Assembly (NCBI GenBank): GCA_964565645.1
Contig: CAZMFQ010000007.1
Span: forward strand, 1 to 64,000
Direction: 5' to 3'
Origin: an uncultured Eubacteriales bacterium
Lineage (GTDB): Bacteria > Actinomycetota > Coriobacteriia > Anaerosomatales > JAHIQC01
DNA: 64,000 bases
Shown piece after piece: positions 45,006 to 57,141 of the stretch. A model generated the notes under the pieces. The model worked only from the letters and a program-made list of their open reading frames with translations, ran no database searches and had not been told where the DNA came from. Within the stretch, counting starts at the first letter, position 1, and every line of letters begins with the position of its first letter. The translations under genes were made by a program, and so were the position numbers.

Positions 45006-46271
45006 TTGAGTTTCGACAACCTGGGTCTCGACGACCGCCTCTTGTCGGCGGTCGCCTCAATGGGCTACACCCAGCCCACCCCCATCCAGCGCGATGCCAT
45101 CCCCGTGGTGCTCGAAGGCCGCGATGTGGTCGGATGCGCGCAGACCGGCACCGGCAAGACCGCCGCGTTCGTCCTCCCGATGCTGCAGCGCGTCTCCGCC
45201 AAACCCGGCGGCATCAAGGCGCTGATCGTCACCCCGACGCGCGAACTCGCCATCCAGATCGACGAGGTGGCACGCGCGGCTGCCAAGGTCACGCGCCACC
45301 GGACCGCCGTCGTCTACGGCGGCGTCGGCTATGACCCGCAGAAGCGTGCGCTCCGCCGAGGAGTCGACATCCTGATAGCCACGCCCGGTCGCCTGCTCGA
45401 CCTCGTGGGCCGTGGCGACGCGGACCTCTCGCGCGTCAAGATCCTCGTCCTGGACGAGGCCGACCGCATGCTCGACATGGGTTTCGCCCCCGACGTGAAG
45501 CGCATCATGGCCCTGATGCCCGAGAAGCGCCAGAACCTTCTGTTCTCGGCGACCATGCCTCCTGAGATCCTCAAGCTCATCGAATCGACGCTCGATTCGC
45601 CGGTCAAGGTCTCGGTGGCGCCTGTCACGACGCCCGTCGAGGCCATCGCTCAGTCGGTCTACCCCGTCGGCGGACAGCAGAAGGCCGACCTTCTCACCAA
45701 GATCATCACCGACCACGGACTCGAACGCGTGCTCGTCTTCACCCGAACGAAGCATCGCGCCGACCGCATCGCCCGCGTGCTGGACCGTAGCGGGATCCGC
45801 AGCGCCGCGATCCATGGCAACCGCTCGCAGGCGCAGCGCCAGAAGGCGCTCGACGGCTTCAAGCGCGGTCACTCGCGCGTTCTCGTCGCGACCGATATCG
45901 TCGCCCGGGGCATCGACGTCGACGGCATCACGCACGTGATCAACTTCGACGTTCCCGGTACGCCCGAGGACTACGTCCACCGGATCGGCCGCACGGCTCG
46001 CGCCGGAAAGAGCGGTACCGCCTTCACCCTCCTCGCACCTGAAGAGCACGAGGGCCTGCGTGACATCGAGTACACGATCGGTTCGGTCCTGGACTGCACC
46101 GATCACCCGCACTTCGATTACAGCCACGCCCGTATCGTGCCCGACTCTGAACGCTCGGCGGAGAAGCCGAAGCGTGGCGGGAACGGCGGCAGCGCAAGCG
46201 GCAAGCCGAACACCGGTCGGAACCGCAGCCGCGGACGCGGGCGCGGTCCGCGCGGTGGCGGGCGATCGTAG
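45006..46271 (+). CDS. DEAD-box ATP-dependent RNA helicase (RhlE/CshA-like) with RG-rich C-terminal tail
   Basis: Q-motif TPIQ, Walker A AQTGTGKT, DEAD, SAT, HRIGRTARAG. TTG start at 45006 with GAAAGGAG RBS; the track ORF starts upstream at 44937. Confidence 0.9.
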   Translation: MSFDNLGLDDRLLSAVASMGYTQPTPIQRDAIPVVLEGRDVVGCAQTGTGKTAAFVLPMLQRVSAKPGGIKALIVTPTRELAIQIDEVARAAAKVTRHRTAVVYGGVGYDPQKRALRRGVDILIATPGRLLDLVGRGDADLSRVKILVLDEADRMLDMGFAPDVKRIMALMPEKRQNLLFSATMPPEILKLIESTLDSPVKVSVAPVTTPVEAIAQSVYPVGGQQKADLLTKIITDHGLERVLVFTRTKHRADRIARVLDRSGIRSAAIHGNRSQAQRQKALDGFKRGHSRVLVATDIVARGIDVDGITHVINFDVPGTPEDYVHRIGRTARAGKSGTAFTLLAPEEHEGLRDIEYTIGSVLDCTDHPHFDYSHARIVPDSERSAEKPKRGGNGGSASGKPNTGRNRSRGRGRGPRGGGRS

Positions 46272-46301
46272 AACCCGCGTCTTACCCACGCATCAGAACC
46301 G

Positions 46302-46340
46302 AACGGCCCGCGATCCATCGCGGGCCGTTCGTGTTGTCGG
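46302..46340 (+). terminator. Rho-independent terminator after the helicase
   Basis: AACGGCCCGCGAU-CC-AUCGCGGGCCGUU followed by CGUGUUGUCGG. Confidence 0.55.
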
Positions 46341-46436
46341 GTTCCGGCGCGGCGCCGCGGACCCGCCGACGCAAAGCGCACACTCGGGCCCAAAGAAGAA
46401 GACCAGGCGCGAGGAGCACCTGGTCCTTATCTGTGA

Positions 46437-46513
46437 TGGTGGGCCCGATTGGATTCGAACCAATGACCTCACGGTTATCAGCCGTGCGCTCTAACCAACT
46501 GAGCTACGGGCCC
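46437..46513 (-). tRNA. tRNA-Ile (anticodon GAU)
   Basis: Minus-strand read GGGCCCGTAGCTCAGTTGGTTAGAGCGCACGGCTGATAACCGTGAGGTCATTGGTTCGAATCCAATCGGGCCCACCA; a hairpin (GACCAGG...CCTGGTC) with a T-run immediately 3'. Confidence 0.9.
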
Positions 46514-46686
46514 CGGTCGTGCGAAAACGCTTCGATACCTTATCCCACGCTGTTCGAGCACGTCAAGCAAAGCACGGCGGGTGCTCTGCATATGGGCGCA
46601 ACGCCTCCTCGTACACACCTCGAGGGTGTGAGTTCCCGTATCATGGTGGAACCAACCAACTAGAAGAACCGCGAGAGAGCGCCCCC

Positions 46687-47178
46687 ATGATCCACGTCCG
46701 CATAGCTTCGTTGTCCATGGACTCGGTCACGAACCAACCGGTCATCCTTCTGCGTCCGGTCAACGAGCCCGAGGGTGACGGTCGCATCCTTCCCATCTGG
46801 ATCGGCCATCCGGAAGCGACGGCCATCCTGCTCGCGCTTCAGGGGGTCGAACCGCCGCGTCCGATGACTCACGACCTGCTCGCGGGCATCCTCCAGGCCG
46901 TCGACCACGTCGTCGAACGGGTCGAGATCACGCGGCTCGAAGAGGGCACCTTCTTTGCCGCCCTCATCCTGCGTGGCGAAGAGCGCACCATCGCCATCGA
47001 CGCGCGTCCCAGCGACTCGATCGCCATCGCCGTGCGCACCGGCTCCCCGATCTTCGTCGCCGAAGAGGTCTTGGATGAGGCCGCCGTCGCAGAGAGCGAG
47101 CAGGTCGACGAGGAAGAAGAGGTCGAGCGGTTCCGCGAGTTCCTCGACCATGTCGACCCCGAGGACTTCCAGGGCTGA
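46687..47178 (+). CDS. Bifunctional nuclease (BFN/DUF151) domain protein with acidic C-terminus
   Basis: PVILLRPVNEPEGDGRILPIWIGHPEATAI...THDLL...IDARPSDSIAIAVRTGSPIFV is the conserved BFN core; trimmed to the ATG at 46687. Confidence 0.75.
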   Translation: MIHVRIASLSMDSVTNQPVILLRPVNEPEGDGRILPIWIGHPEATAILLALQGVEPPRPMTHDLLAGILQAVDHVVERVEITRLEEGTFFAALILRGEERTIAIDARPSDSIAIAVRTGSPIFVAEEVLDEAAVAESEQVDEEEEVERFREFLDHVDPEDFQG

Positions 47179-47212
47179 TCGCTTCGTAGGACCCGGACGG
47201 CAATCGCGGGTG

Positions 47213-48409
47213 TCACTCGTAGCGGAGCGCCTCGATGGGATCGAGCCGTGACGCCCTGACCGCAGGATACACGCCGAAGAAGATGCCGACGCCCGCCGAG
47301 AAGAGGAACGCGAGCGCCACAGCCCACGGCGTCACCTGTGTCGGCACGACGACCTTGAGACCTTCGCTGCCCAGCCAGCCGATGCTTATCCCGATCATCC
47401 CGCCCAGCACCGAGAGCACCATGGCCTCGATCACGAACTGCGAGAGGATGTCGTAGGTCTTGGCGCCCACGGCCTTCCTGATCCCGATCTCCCGGGTCCG
47501 TTCGCTCACGCTCACGAGCATGATGTTCATGATCCCGATCCCGCCGACCAACAGCGATATCCCGGCGATGCCCGCGAGCATGACGGTCAGGGTCCCGAGC
47601 AACTGCGAGAGTATCCCCAGGGTCTCCTTCTGGGTGAACACGGAGAACTCCTCGCCGAAACGGGGTTTGAGGGCGCGCTTGATCCGCGCCTGGACCGCGT
47701 CGACCTGTGTCGCGTCCGCGGCCTTGACGATGATCATGCTCACGTCACGGGTGCCGAGGAGCCGCTGGGCCGCGGTCACCGGCATGTATATCTGGTTGTC
47801 CTGGTCTCCGGTCAGCGAGCCGCCTTGTGCCACGAGCGTGCCGATCACCCTGAACCGCTGCCCGTTCACATCCATGAACTTGCCGAGCGGGTCTTGATTG
47901 GGAAAGAGTTCTTTGCGCACCGTCGAACCGATGATCACGACCCGGGACGCTGCCGATACCTCGCTACGGTAGTAGCCCCGGCCGCTCTCATAGTCGGCAC
48001 TGAAGACCTCTCCGGAATACTCGTTGCCGGCTGCGATCGTCGTGCGCCACTCCCGGTTGCCGACCTTGGTCACGGCGGCCGCCTGGATGACCGGCACGAC
48101 CTTGTCCTCGGGCCCGAGCCGTCGCTGCAACAACTCCGCATCATCGAGATTGAACTGCTTAGTGATGGTCGAGCCGGGGCCTCCGCCCCCGCCACCGCCC
48201 TGCTCGAAGTTGCCGGGGAATGCGAAGATGAGGTTGGAGCCCAACCCCTCGATCGACCCGGTGACCTCTCCCTGGACTCCGGTGCCGATGGCCACAAGAA
48301 GAATGACCGCCGCGACCCCGATGATGACGCCGAGCATGGTGAGCAGACTCCTCACCTTGTTCGCGTTGAGGGCCCGTAGTGCGATCCGAAAGCTCTCTCG
48401 AAGGTTCAC
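47213..48409 (-). CDS. MacB-type ABC permease (FtsX/MacB periplasmic domain)
   Basis: N-terminal TM, large periplasmic MacB_PCD region, C-terminal FtsX four-helix bundle (GGIGIMNIMLVSVSERTREIGIRKAVGA). Confidence 0.85.
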   Translation of the reverse strand: MNLRESFRIALRALNANKVRSLLTMLGVIIGVAAVILLVAIGTGVQGEVTGSIEGLGSNLIFAFPGNFEQGGGGGGGPGSTITKQFNLDDAELLQRRLGPEDKVVPVIQAAAVTKVGNREWRTTIAAGNEYSGEVFSADYESGRGYYRSEVSAASRVVIIGSTVRKELFPNQDPLGKFMDVNGQRFRVIGTLVAQGGSLTGDQDNQIYMPVTAAQRLLGTRDVSMIIVKAADATQVDAVQARIKRALKPRFGEEFSVFTQKETLGILSQLLGTLTVMLAGIAGISLLVGGIGIMNIMLVSVSERTREIGIRKAVGAKTYDILSQFVIEAMVLSVLGGMIGISIGWLGSEGLKVVVPTQVTPWAVALAFLFSAGVGIFFGVYPAVRASRLDPIEALRYE

Positions 48410-49194
48410 TCGTCGCCCTCCGAGTCGAGGAGGGCGCGACGGTCCTCGGCCATCACCCGATCGGACACGATCTCCTCGGAGACGATCCGCCCGTCCCTGA
48501 GCGACACGATGCGCTGCGCGTGACGGGAGACCGCATCGTCGTGGGTCACAAGGACGACGGTGATGCCGTGCGTGGTGTTGAGGTCCTGGAGGATGCTCAT
48601 GACCTCGATGCCTGACCGGGTGTCGAGGTTGCCCGTCGGCTCATCGGCAAGCACGATGCTCGGTTCGGTCACCAGCGCGCGTGCGATGGCCACACGCTGC
48701 TGCTGGCCGCCGGACAACTGGTTGGGCAGGTGGTTGAGCCGGTCGCCGAGCCCCACCCTCTCCAGCGCGGCTTGCGCCCGGCGCGAGCGCTCGCCTCCCG
48801 AGACTCCGGCGTAGATCAGCGGAAGCTCGACGTTCGCCTGCGCGGTGGTACGCGCCAGCAGGTTGAACGACTGGAAGACGAAGCCGATGCGTCGGTTGCG
48901 GACGGCGGCGAGCTGGTTCGGCTCCATGGCCGAGACCTCTTCGCCCTCGACCGTGACGATGCCTTCGGAGGGCCGATCCAGCAGGCCGATGATATGCATG
49001 AGCGTCGACTTGCCGGAGCCCGAAGGGCCGATGATCGAGAGCATCTCGCCATCACAGACCTGCAGGTCGACGCCCCGAAGCGCGTGCACCTCGATCTCAT
49101 CGAGCACGTAGCACTTGCTCACATCGCGAGCCTCAAGGACCACCCGGCTCGCGGTGCACCCACTCGGCTCCACGTTGGTCTGCGTCTCCGGCAT
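48406..49194 (-). CDS. MacB/LolD-type ABC ATP-binding protein
   Basis: GPSGSGKST, LSGGQQQRVAIARAL, VLADEPTGNLD. Confidence 0.9.
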   Translation of the reverse strand: MPETQTNVEPSGCTASRVVLEARDVSKCYVLDEIEVHALRGVDLQVCDGEMLSIIGPSGSGKSTLMHIIGLLDRPSEGIVTVEGEEVSAMEPNQLAAVRNRRIGFVFQSFNLLARTTAQANVELPLIYAGVSGGERSRRAQAALERVGLGDRLNHLPNQLSGGQQQRVAIARALVTEPSIVLADEPTGNLDTRSGIEVMSILQDLNTTHGITVVLVTHDDAVSRHAQRIVSLRDGRIVSEEIVSDRVMAEDRRALLDSEGDE

Positions 49195-49198
49195 CAGG

Positions 49199-50680
49199 CT
49201 ACTTGGACCGCACCTTCATGCCGTCGACGAGTTCGGTCGGACCGGACAGCGCCACGGTGTCGCCCTCCTCCGCGCCGGAGGTGATCTGCGCCTGAGTCTC
49301 GGTCAGGGTGCCGACCTCGACCTTGGTGCGCTTGAGCACCCCGTCGCGAACCAGGTAGACGTAGGTCTGGCCGCCCTCATCGAACAGGGCCTCCACGGGA
49401 ATCGTCAAAGCGTTCGGCACCCGGTCGATCTCGATCTGGACATCGCCCTTCATGCCGATGAGGATCTGGGACTCCGTCGCTCCGAACTCGAAGTAGACGG
49501 GGAACACCGTGCCCCCCGTGGCCGTCAACGTAGCGGACGACTTGATCTGCGCGACCGTGCTTTCGAACGGGTCCGAAAACGCGTCGAGCGTGATCGAGCC
49601 GGGCATCTCGACATCGATCCGATCGACATCGACCTCGTCGACTTCGGCCATGAAGCTCAGCGCGCCGAGATCGACCACGGTGAACGGCGCGGCCTGCGGG
49701 CCGACCGAGGCCCCGGTGGCCGCCTTGGGAGTCTGGCCGTCGGCCGAGGGCGTTCCGAGTGCATTGAACAGGACGACCCCGTCGCTCGGAGCTGTCAGTG
49801 CCGCCTTGTCCAGGTTGTCCTGCGCCAACGTCAGCGCCTTACGGGCCTGGTCGACCCCTGCCTGTGCTGCTGACCGCTGCGCGGAGAGGCTCGTTCCTTC
49901 CAGCTTGGCCTGACCCGCCCGCGCCTGGAGATAGGCCGCGTACGACTGGTCGACACCGGCCAGGGCCTGTGCCTCCGAGACGGTCGGGTCATACGCCGCG
50001 AGACGGTCCTGAGCGGACTTGGCTTGCAGGTAGCCCGCGTACGCCTGCTCCTTGGCGATCTTGGCGGCGTCCAGGTTCGCCAAGGCGTCGGGCGCGGGCG
50101 AAAGGCTCGCGTCGACAGAGGCCTTCAGCAGGTCATATGCGGTCTTGGCCGAGGAATACGCCGACCATGCCGCGGTCGTCGCCGCGGATGCCGCCGCCTT
50201 CTCCGAGGAACTGGGCGCCTGCCCTCCGACCGCATCACGCGCCGCGAGGGCGGACTGGTATGCGGACCACGCCGCAGCCGTCCCCTGTCGCGTCGCCGAG
50301 AGGTCGGCGCTCGAGGGCTCCTGATCTTCTATGCCGGCCAGTGCCGACTCGGCCTGCGCGAGCGCGGCCTCCGCCTGTGCCACCTGCAGTTCGAGTGGCG
50401 CGGTGTCCATGCGCGCGAGGACAGCGCCCTCGCTCACCGTGTCACCGTCTTTGACCATGACTTCTGCGAGTGTGCCGACGGTCGGCGGGAAGACGTCCGC
50501 ACGCAGCCCGGATTCCACACGTCCCGACGCCGTCACGGTCACCGCGAGATCTTGCTTGGCGACCTTGGCCGTATCGACCTGGAGAGCGACACCGCCCGAT
50601 CCGACAGCGACCGCCGCGACGACTCCTCCCAAGACGACCAGCACGACGACTCCGATGATGATCTTGGCTCTGCGTGACAC
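49199..50680 (-). CDS. Periplasmic adaptor subunit (HlyD/MacA family) with extended Ala-rich coiled-coil hairpin
   Basis: N-terminal TM anchor, biotinyl-lipoyl-like beta domain, long AAxxA coiled coil, C-terminal beta-barrel; first gene of the adaptor-ATPase-permease operon. Confidence 0.8.
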   Translation of the reverse strand: MSRRAKIIIGVVVLVVLGGVVAAVAVGSGGVALQVDTAKVAKQDLAVTVTASGRVESGLRADVFPPTVGTLAEVMVKDGDTVSEGAVLARMDTAPLELQVAQAEAALAQAESALAGIEDQEPSSADLSATRQGTAAAWSAYQSALAARDAVGGQAPSSSEKAAASAATTAAWSAYSSAKTAYDLLKASVDASLSPAPDALANLDAAKIAKEQAYAGYLQAKSAQDRLAAYDPTVSEAQALAGVDQSYAAYLQARAGQAKLEGTSLSAQRSAAQAGVDQARKALTLAQDNLDKAALTAPSDGVVLFNALGTPSADGQTPKAATGASVGPQAAPFTVVDLGALSFMAEVDEVDVDRIDVEMPGSITLDAFSDPFESTVAQIKSSATLTATGGTVFPVYFEFGATESQILIGMKGDVQIEIDRVPNALTIPVEALFDEGGQTYVYLVRDGVLKRTKVEVGTLTETQAQITSGAEEGDTVALSGPTELVDGMKVRSK

Positions 50681-50718
50681 GGGTCCTCCAGGTGCTCGGG
50701 TGGTCCTGCTACCGACAG

Positions 50719-51471
50719 TTACTCTACCCCTTCGCGACCACGGGACGACGCGCCGCTATCGAAACGGCGTGCATCGCCCTGCAGCAGCGGCAGGATGTCT
50801 GAGATCGAATCCAAGACGTAGTCGGGATGCTCCGCCAACAGCAGCCCGTGATCGAACGGCCCCCAGAACGCAGCGGCCGCCACTGCGCCACCCGAGACGG
50901 CGGCCGCCATGTCGTGGGGGCTGTCGCCGACGTACATACACTCCTCAAGAGGTACGCCGAGGAGCCGTGCCGCATGCCTCAAGGGATAGGGGTCGGGTTT
51001 GTGGACGGTCACGTCGTCGGCTCCGACAACAAGGTCGACGAACCCGTCCAGCTCGAACAACCGCAGTCCCCGCAACGCCCCGGCGTTCAGCTTGGATGTG
51101 ACGACGCCCACAGGGTAGCCCATCCGCTTCAGTTCGGAGAGCGTCTCGGCGGTGCCGGGGTAACCGGTCACCATCTCGTCGTGGTGAGCGTTGTTGTGCA
51201 CACGATACTCGCGCACCAACTCATCGACATCGTCCGGCGAGATGTCGGCCATCTGCTTCCACAGAGGTGTGCCGATGTCGCGCAGCATGACGTCATCGGG
51301 GACAGCCTCCCCCAACACGGTGCTCGTCGCATAGCGGAACGATGCGAGGATCAGCCCGATCGAGTCGATGAGCGTGCCGTCCAGATCGAACAGGACGGCG
51401 CGGACATGTGAGGCGGGGCCGGACTCGGCTCCGACCCCGCCTCCGGAAGGTGTCAGGCTACTCGTCGTCAC
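50719..51471 (-). CDS. HAD-IA family phosphatase (PGP/PpaX-like)
   Basis: Motif [12 protein letters not shown], motif II VVTSK, motif III/IV ...[11 protein letters not shown]. Only in-frame start candidates are GTG 51471 (14-nt overlap with gyrA) or ATG 51525; start uncertain. Confidence 0.7.
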   Translation of the reverse strand: MTTSSLTPSGGGVGAESGPASHVRAVLFDLDGTLIDSIGLILASFRYATSTVLGEAVPDDVMLRDIGTPLWKQMADISPDDVDELVREYRVHNNAHHDEMVTGYPGTAETLSELKRMGYPVGVVTSKLNAGALRGLRLFELDGFVDLVVGADDVTVHKPDPYPLRHAARLLGVPLEECMYVGDSPHDMAAAVSGGAVAAAAFWGPFDHGLLLAEHPDYVLDSISDILPLLQGDARRFDSGASSRGREGVE

Positions 51472-54034
51472 CGACGTCTTCGAACTCCTCGCTGACCAGT
51501 TCCTCGGCGGCCGCTTCCATGTCATTGACCGGAGCTTCCGCGCCGGCCTCTCCCTCGAGCAAAGAGGTCTGTCCTTCAGGCACCGCAGCCGGTCGGACCT
51601 TCTTCTTGCCCGCACTCACTCGGGCGATTGCGCTCACGCAGTCGGTCTTTGCGACGTTCATGACCTTCACGCCCTGTGTGGAGCGACCGAGCTTCGAGAT
51701 GTCGTTGGCCTTGACGCGGATGACCACGCCTTCGTGGCTGATGAGCATCAACTCGTGCTGCGGCTGGACGATCTTCATGCCGGCGAGCGGGCCCTTCTTA
51801 TCGGTCACCTGGATCGTCTTGACCCCCATGCCGCCGCGCTTCTGCTCGGGATACTCGACCACCGGCGTGCGCTTGCCATAGCCGTGCTCGGTGACCACGA
51901 AGAGCTCACTGTCATCCGGCGCGATCTCCATGCCCAAGACCGCTTCGCCCGCCTTGATGTTCATGCCTTTGACACCCATGGTGTCCCGGCCCATCGGGCG
52001 CGCATCAGACTCGTCCCACTTGATGGCCTTCCCTGCGGTCGAGACCATCATGACCTTCTGTCCGGGGGTCACGCGGCGCACTGCGATGAGCTCGTCCTCG
52101 TCGCGGAGGTTGATGGCGATGATGCCGTCGCGCCGCGAACGGTCGTAGGCCTGCATGGCGGTCTTCTTGACCATGCCTTCGCGTGTGGCGAAGAGCAGGT
52201 AGTCCTCGGCGCCGAACTCCTTGGTGGTGATAACGGCCGCGATCTTCTCGTTCTGCTCGAACGGCAGCAGGTTGACCGCCGCGGTGCCGCGGGCATGACG
52301 CGAACCGACCGGGAGTTCGTGGACCTTCAGGCGGTAGACCTTGCCCTTGGTCGAGAAGAACAGCACGTAGTCGTGGGTCGAGCTGATGAACAGGTGCTCG
52401 ACGAAGTCGTTCTCCTTGAGGTTCACCCCGGCGACACCCTTACCGCCGCGCTTCTGCTGGCGGTACGTCGCGACCGGCAGACGCTTGACATAGCCCGCCT
52501 TGGTGATGGTGACGACCATGTCCTCCTCGGCGATGAGGTCCTCGACATCGAGGTCCGCGGCCACGCCGGCGAGTTCGGTGCGGCGCTTGTTCGCGAACTT
52601 GTCGCGAAGGTCCGCCATCTCTTCCTTGATGATCTGCAGGACGAGATTGACGTCGCCCAGAACCTGCTGGTACCACGCGATCTTCTTGCGCAGCTCCTCG
52701 AGCTCCTCCTCGATCTTGTGACGCTCGAGACCGGTGAGCCTGCGGAGCCGCATCTCCAGGATCGCGTCGGTCTGGATCTCGGAGAGTCCGAAGCGTTCGA
52801 TCAGTCGGGCCTTCGCCTCGGCGTCGTCCTGGCTCGCCCGGATGATCTTGATGACTTCGTCGATGTTGTCCAGCGCGATGACGTAACCCTCGAGGATGTG
52901 GGCCCGCTCCTGAGCCTTGCGCAGCTCGTAGCGCGTGCGCCTCGTGATGACGTCCTTCTGGTGCTCGACGTAGTACTTGAGCATCTCGGGGAGCGTCAGG
53001 GTTCGCGGCACTCCGTCGACGAGCGCGAGCATGATCACGCCGAAGCCGGTCTGGAGTTGGGTGTGCTTGTAGAGTTTGTTCAGGACGACCTGAGGGATGC
53101 ACGAGGTCTTGAGCTCGATGACGACCCGCATCCCCTTGCGGTCAGACTCGTCGCGCAGGTCCGAGATCTCCGTGAGCTTCTTCTCCCGCACCAGGTCCGC
53201 GATCTTGGTCACGAGCTTGGACTTGTTCACGGTGTACGGGATCTCGGTGATGATGATGCGGGTGCGCCCGGTCGAGGTCTGCTCGATATGCGCCTTGCCA
53301 CGAACCTTCAACGATCCCCGGCCGGTCGAGAAGTAGTCCGAGATGCCTTCGCGGCCCATGACCATGCCGCCGGTCGGGAAGTCCGGGCCGGGCATAACGG
53401 CCATGAGTTCTTCGACGGTGGCCTCAGGGTTGTCGATGATCATGGTGACGGCGTCGATGGTCTCGCCGAGGTTGTGCGGGGGGATGTTGGTCGCCATACC
53501 GACCGCGATACCGGCGCTTCCGTTGACGAGCAGGTTCGGGAAGCGACTCGGCAGGACGAGCGGCTCCTCGAGCGACTCGTCGTAGTTCGGCCCGAAGTCG
53601 ACGGTCTCCTTGTCCAGATCGCGGAGCAACTCCATCGAGATGCGCTGGAGCCTTGACTCCGTATACCGCATCGCAGCCGCCGAGTCTCCGTCCACTGAGC
53701 CGAAGTTGCCGTGGCCGTCGATGAGCGGCACGCGCATCGAGAAGTCCTGCGCCATTCGGACCATGGTGTCGTACACGGCCGAGTCACCGTGGGGGTGGTA
53801 CTTGCCGATGACCTCTCCGACGGTCCACGCCGACTTCTTGTAGGCGCGACCGGCGGTCAGGCCGGACTCGTTCATGGCGTAGAGGATCCGGCGGTGGACC
53901 GGCTTGAGGCCGTCCCTGACATCAGGAAGCGCGCGCGCCACGATGACCGACATCGAGTACTCGAGGAAGCTGCGCCGCATCTCCTCCTGGATGTCGATCG
54001 GCAGGATCGTCGTGCCTGTGATCTCGTCTGTCAC
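51458..54034 (-). CDS. gyrA: DNA gyrase subunit A
   Basis: Active-site region AMRYTE...; GyrA-box and six-bladed C-terminal beta-pinwheel; acidic tail. Confidence 0.97.
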   Translation of the reverse strand: MTDEITGTTILPIDIQEEMRRSFLEYSMSVIVARALPDVRDGLKPVHRRILYAMNESGLTAGRAYKKSAWTVGEVIGKYHPHGDSAVYDTMVRMAQDFSMRVPLIDGHGNFGSVDGDSAAAMRYTESRLQRISMELLRDLDKETVDFGPNYDESLEEPLVLPSRFPNLLVNGSAGIAVGMATNIPPHNLGETIDAVTMIIDNPEATVEELMAVMPGPDFPTGGMVMGREGISDYFSTGRGSLKVRGKAHIEQTSTGRTRIIITEIPYTVNKSKLVTKIADLVREKKLTEISDLRDESDRKGMRVVIELKTSCIPQVVLNKLYKHTQLQTGFGVIMLALVDGVPRTLTLPEMLKYYVEHQKDVITRRTRYELRKAQERAHILEGYVIALDNIDEVIKIIRASQDDAEAKARLIERFGLSEIQTDAILEMRLRRLTGLERHKIEEELEELRKKIAWYQQVLGDVNLVLQIIKEEMADLRDKFANKRRTELAGVAADLDVEDLIAEEDMVVTITKAGYVKRLPVATYRQQKRGGKGVAGVNLKENDFVEHLFISSTHDYVLFFSTKGKVYRLKVHELPVGSRHARGTAAVNLLPFEQNEKIAAVITTKEFGAEDYLLFATREGMVKKTAMQAYDRSRRDGIIAINLRDEDELIAVRRVTPGQKVMMVSTAGKAIKWDESDARPMGRDTMGVKGMNIKAGEAVLGMEIAPDDSELFVVTEHGYGKRTPVVEYPEQKRGGMGVKTIQVTDKKGPLAGMKIVQPQHELMLISHEGVVIRVKANDISKLGRSTQGVKVMNVAKTDCVSAIARVSAGKKKVRPAAVPEGQTSLLEGEAGAEAPVNDMEAAAEELVSEEFEDVGDDE

Positions 54035-54559
54035 TTAAAGGACTCCTCGCTGCTTCAGCGTCCGTACCGTCATCCACACCGCAATCGCGATCATGCCGAT
54101 CCCAAAGCCGACCAGGATCGTCCCTCCAAGCACCCCGATCGGGCCGGAGTCCGCCGTCTTGGACAGCCCCACCGCGCCGATCACGAGCATCATCAGCCCG
54201 AGGGCGCCTATACCGACGGCCACTATCACGCCCAGCTGCCACAACCCCTGCGCAGCGGGCGGCTCCTCGGCGGCGAGGGTCGCCATCATCTCGACCAACG
54301 CCGCGTCGTCGACCTTCGCCGAAGACTCCGCCTCCCGGTCCACCGCGTCTCCGGAGGCGGCGGGTGCCGTGGTCCGCTGCCCGGACTCTGCGGCGGCGGG
54401 CTCGAACGCCTCCTCCGCCGGAGCGTCGACCGGCTCGGGGGCGGTACCGGTGACCGCTTCCTCGGCCTGCTTGGTCTTGGCCAGCTCGTCGAACTGCTCT
54501 CGCTCCCAGGGTGGGGGCTCGAACGCCTTCGGCGCGCGCCTGTCGGGTGAATCCGCCAT
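54035..54559 (-). CDS. Small membrane protein between gyrB and gyrA (acidic/Ala-Pro-rich N-terminus, two or three TM helices)
   Basis: 174-aa ORF immediately abutting the gyrA start. Confidence 0.6.
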   Translation of the reverse strand: MADSPDRRAPKAFEPPPWEREQFDELAKTKQAEEAVTGTAPEPVDAPAEEAFEPAAAESGQRTTAPAASGDAVDREAESSAKVDDAALVEMMATLAAEEPPAAQGLWQLGVIVAVGIGALGLMMLVIGAVGLSKTADSGPIGVLGGTILVGFGIGMIAIAVWMTVRTLKQRGVL

Positions 54560-54576
54560 CGTCGTGCCGTACTCCC

Positions 54577-56565
<1,989 letters not shown>

Positions 56566-56592
56566 CTAACACAAGGTGTAGGGTCAGAGGCG

Positions 56593-57141
56593 CTATTTCA
56601 TGCCTGAGCCAGCACCAGATGGCCTGTGTCCGGCGTTATTGCGCTCTTGACCCTTTTTCCACTCGAGATCACGAATCGTGGCTCTCAGGGCGGCCTCTCG
56701 GAGCTTCTCATTCTCGATGCCAGCTACACTGCGCTCTACGGCCATGAGTTCCTCCGGGCTCAGGGGCTCCGGATCCATATGCGTAGCCCCGTAGCGCCTC
56801 TCCGAACGCTCCACCGATTCCTGTTCCGCCCGCGCACGAGAGACGCTCTTGGTTACAGTGAAGCGCATGGACCTGATCGGATTCTCTCCGAGCTCGGTCT
56901 GGAGTCTTTCCAGAAGTTGACCCGCCATGGCCTGCAACTCGTTCGCCCAGACCGGAGAGTCCACGAACACGAGGAGTTGTCCGTCCCTGACGCCCTGTAT
57001 TTGGGTGTGTCCGGCTATCTCGGGCCCCACCAGCGCATCCCAGACTTCGATGATCCGGGCCGTCGTGAGGTGGCCACCCTTATCCATCTGTTTGAGCAAC
57101 CGCCTGAGACCTTCACCCAGGTTCGTCGGCCCGGGACTCAT
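56593..57141 (-). CDS. DUF721 (DciA-like) domain protein
   Basis: Conserved position between recF and gyrB; N-terminal region LTTARIIEVWDALVGPEIAGHTQIQGVRDGQLLVFVDSPVWANELQ matches DUF721. Confidence 0.7.
   Translation of the reverse strand: MSPGPTNLGEGLRRLLKQMDKGGHLTTARIIEVWDALVGPEIAGHTQIQGVRDGQLLVFVDSPVWANELQAMAGQLLERLQTELGENPIRSMRFTVTKSVSRARAEQESVERSERRYGATHMDPEPLSPEELMAVERSVAGIENEKLREAALRATIRDLEWKKGQERNNAGHRPSGAGSGMK

Noticed and set aside
51368-53656. 762-aa plus-strand ORF
   Set aside because: Antisense to gyrA; gyrA's identity is unambiguous.
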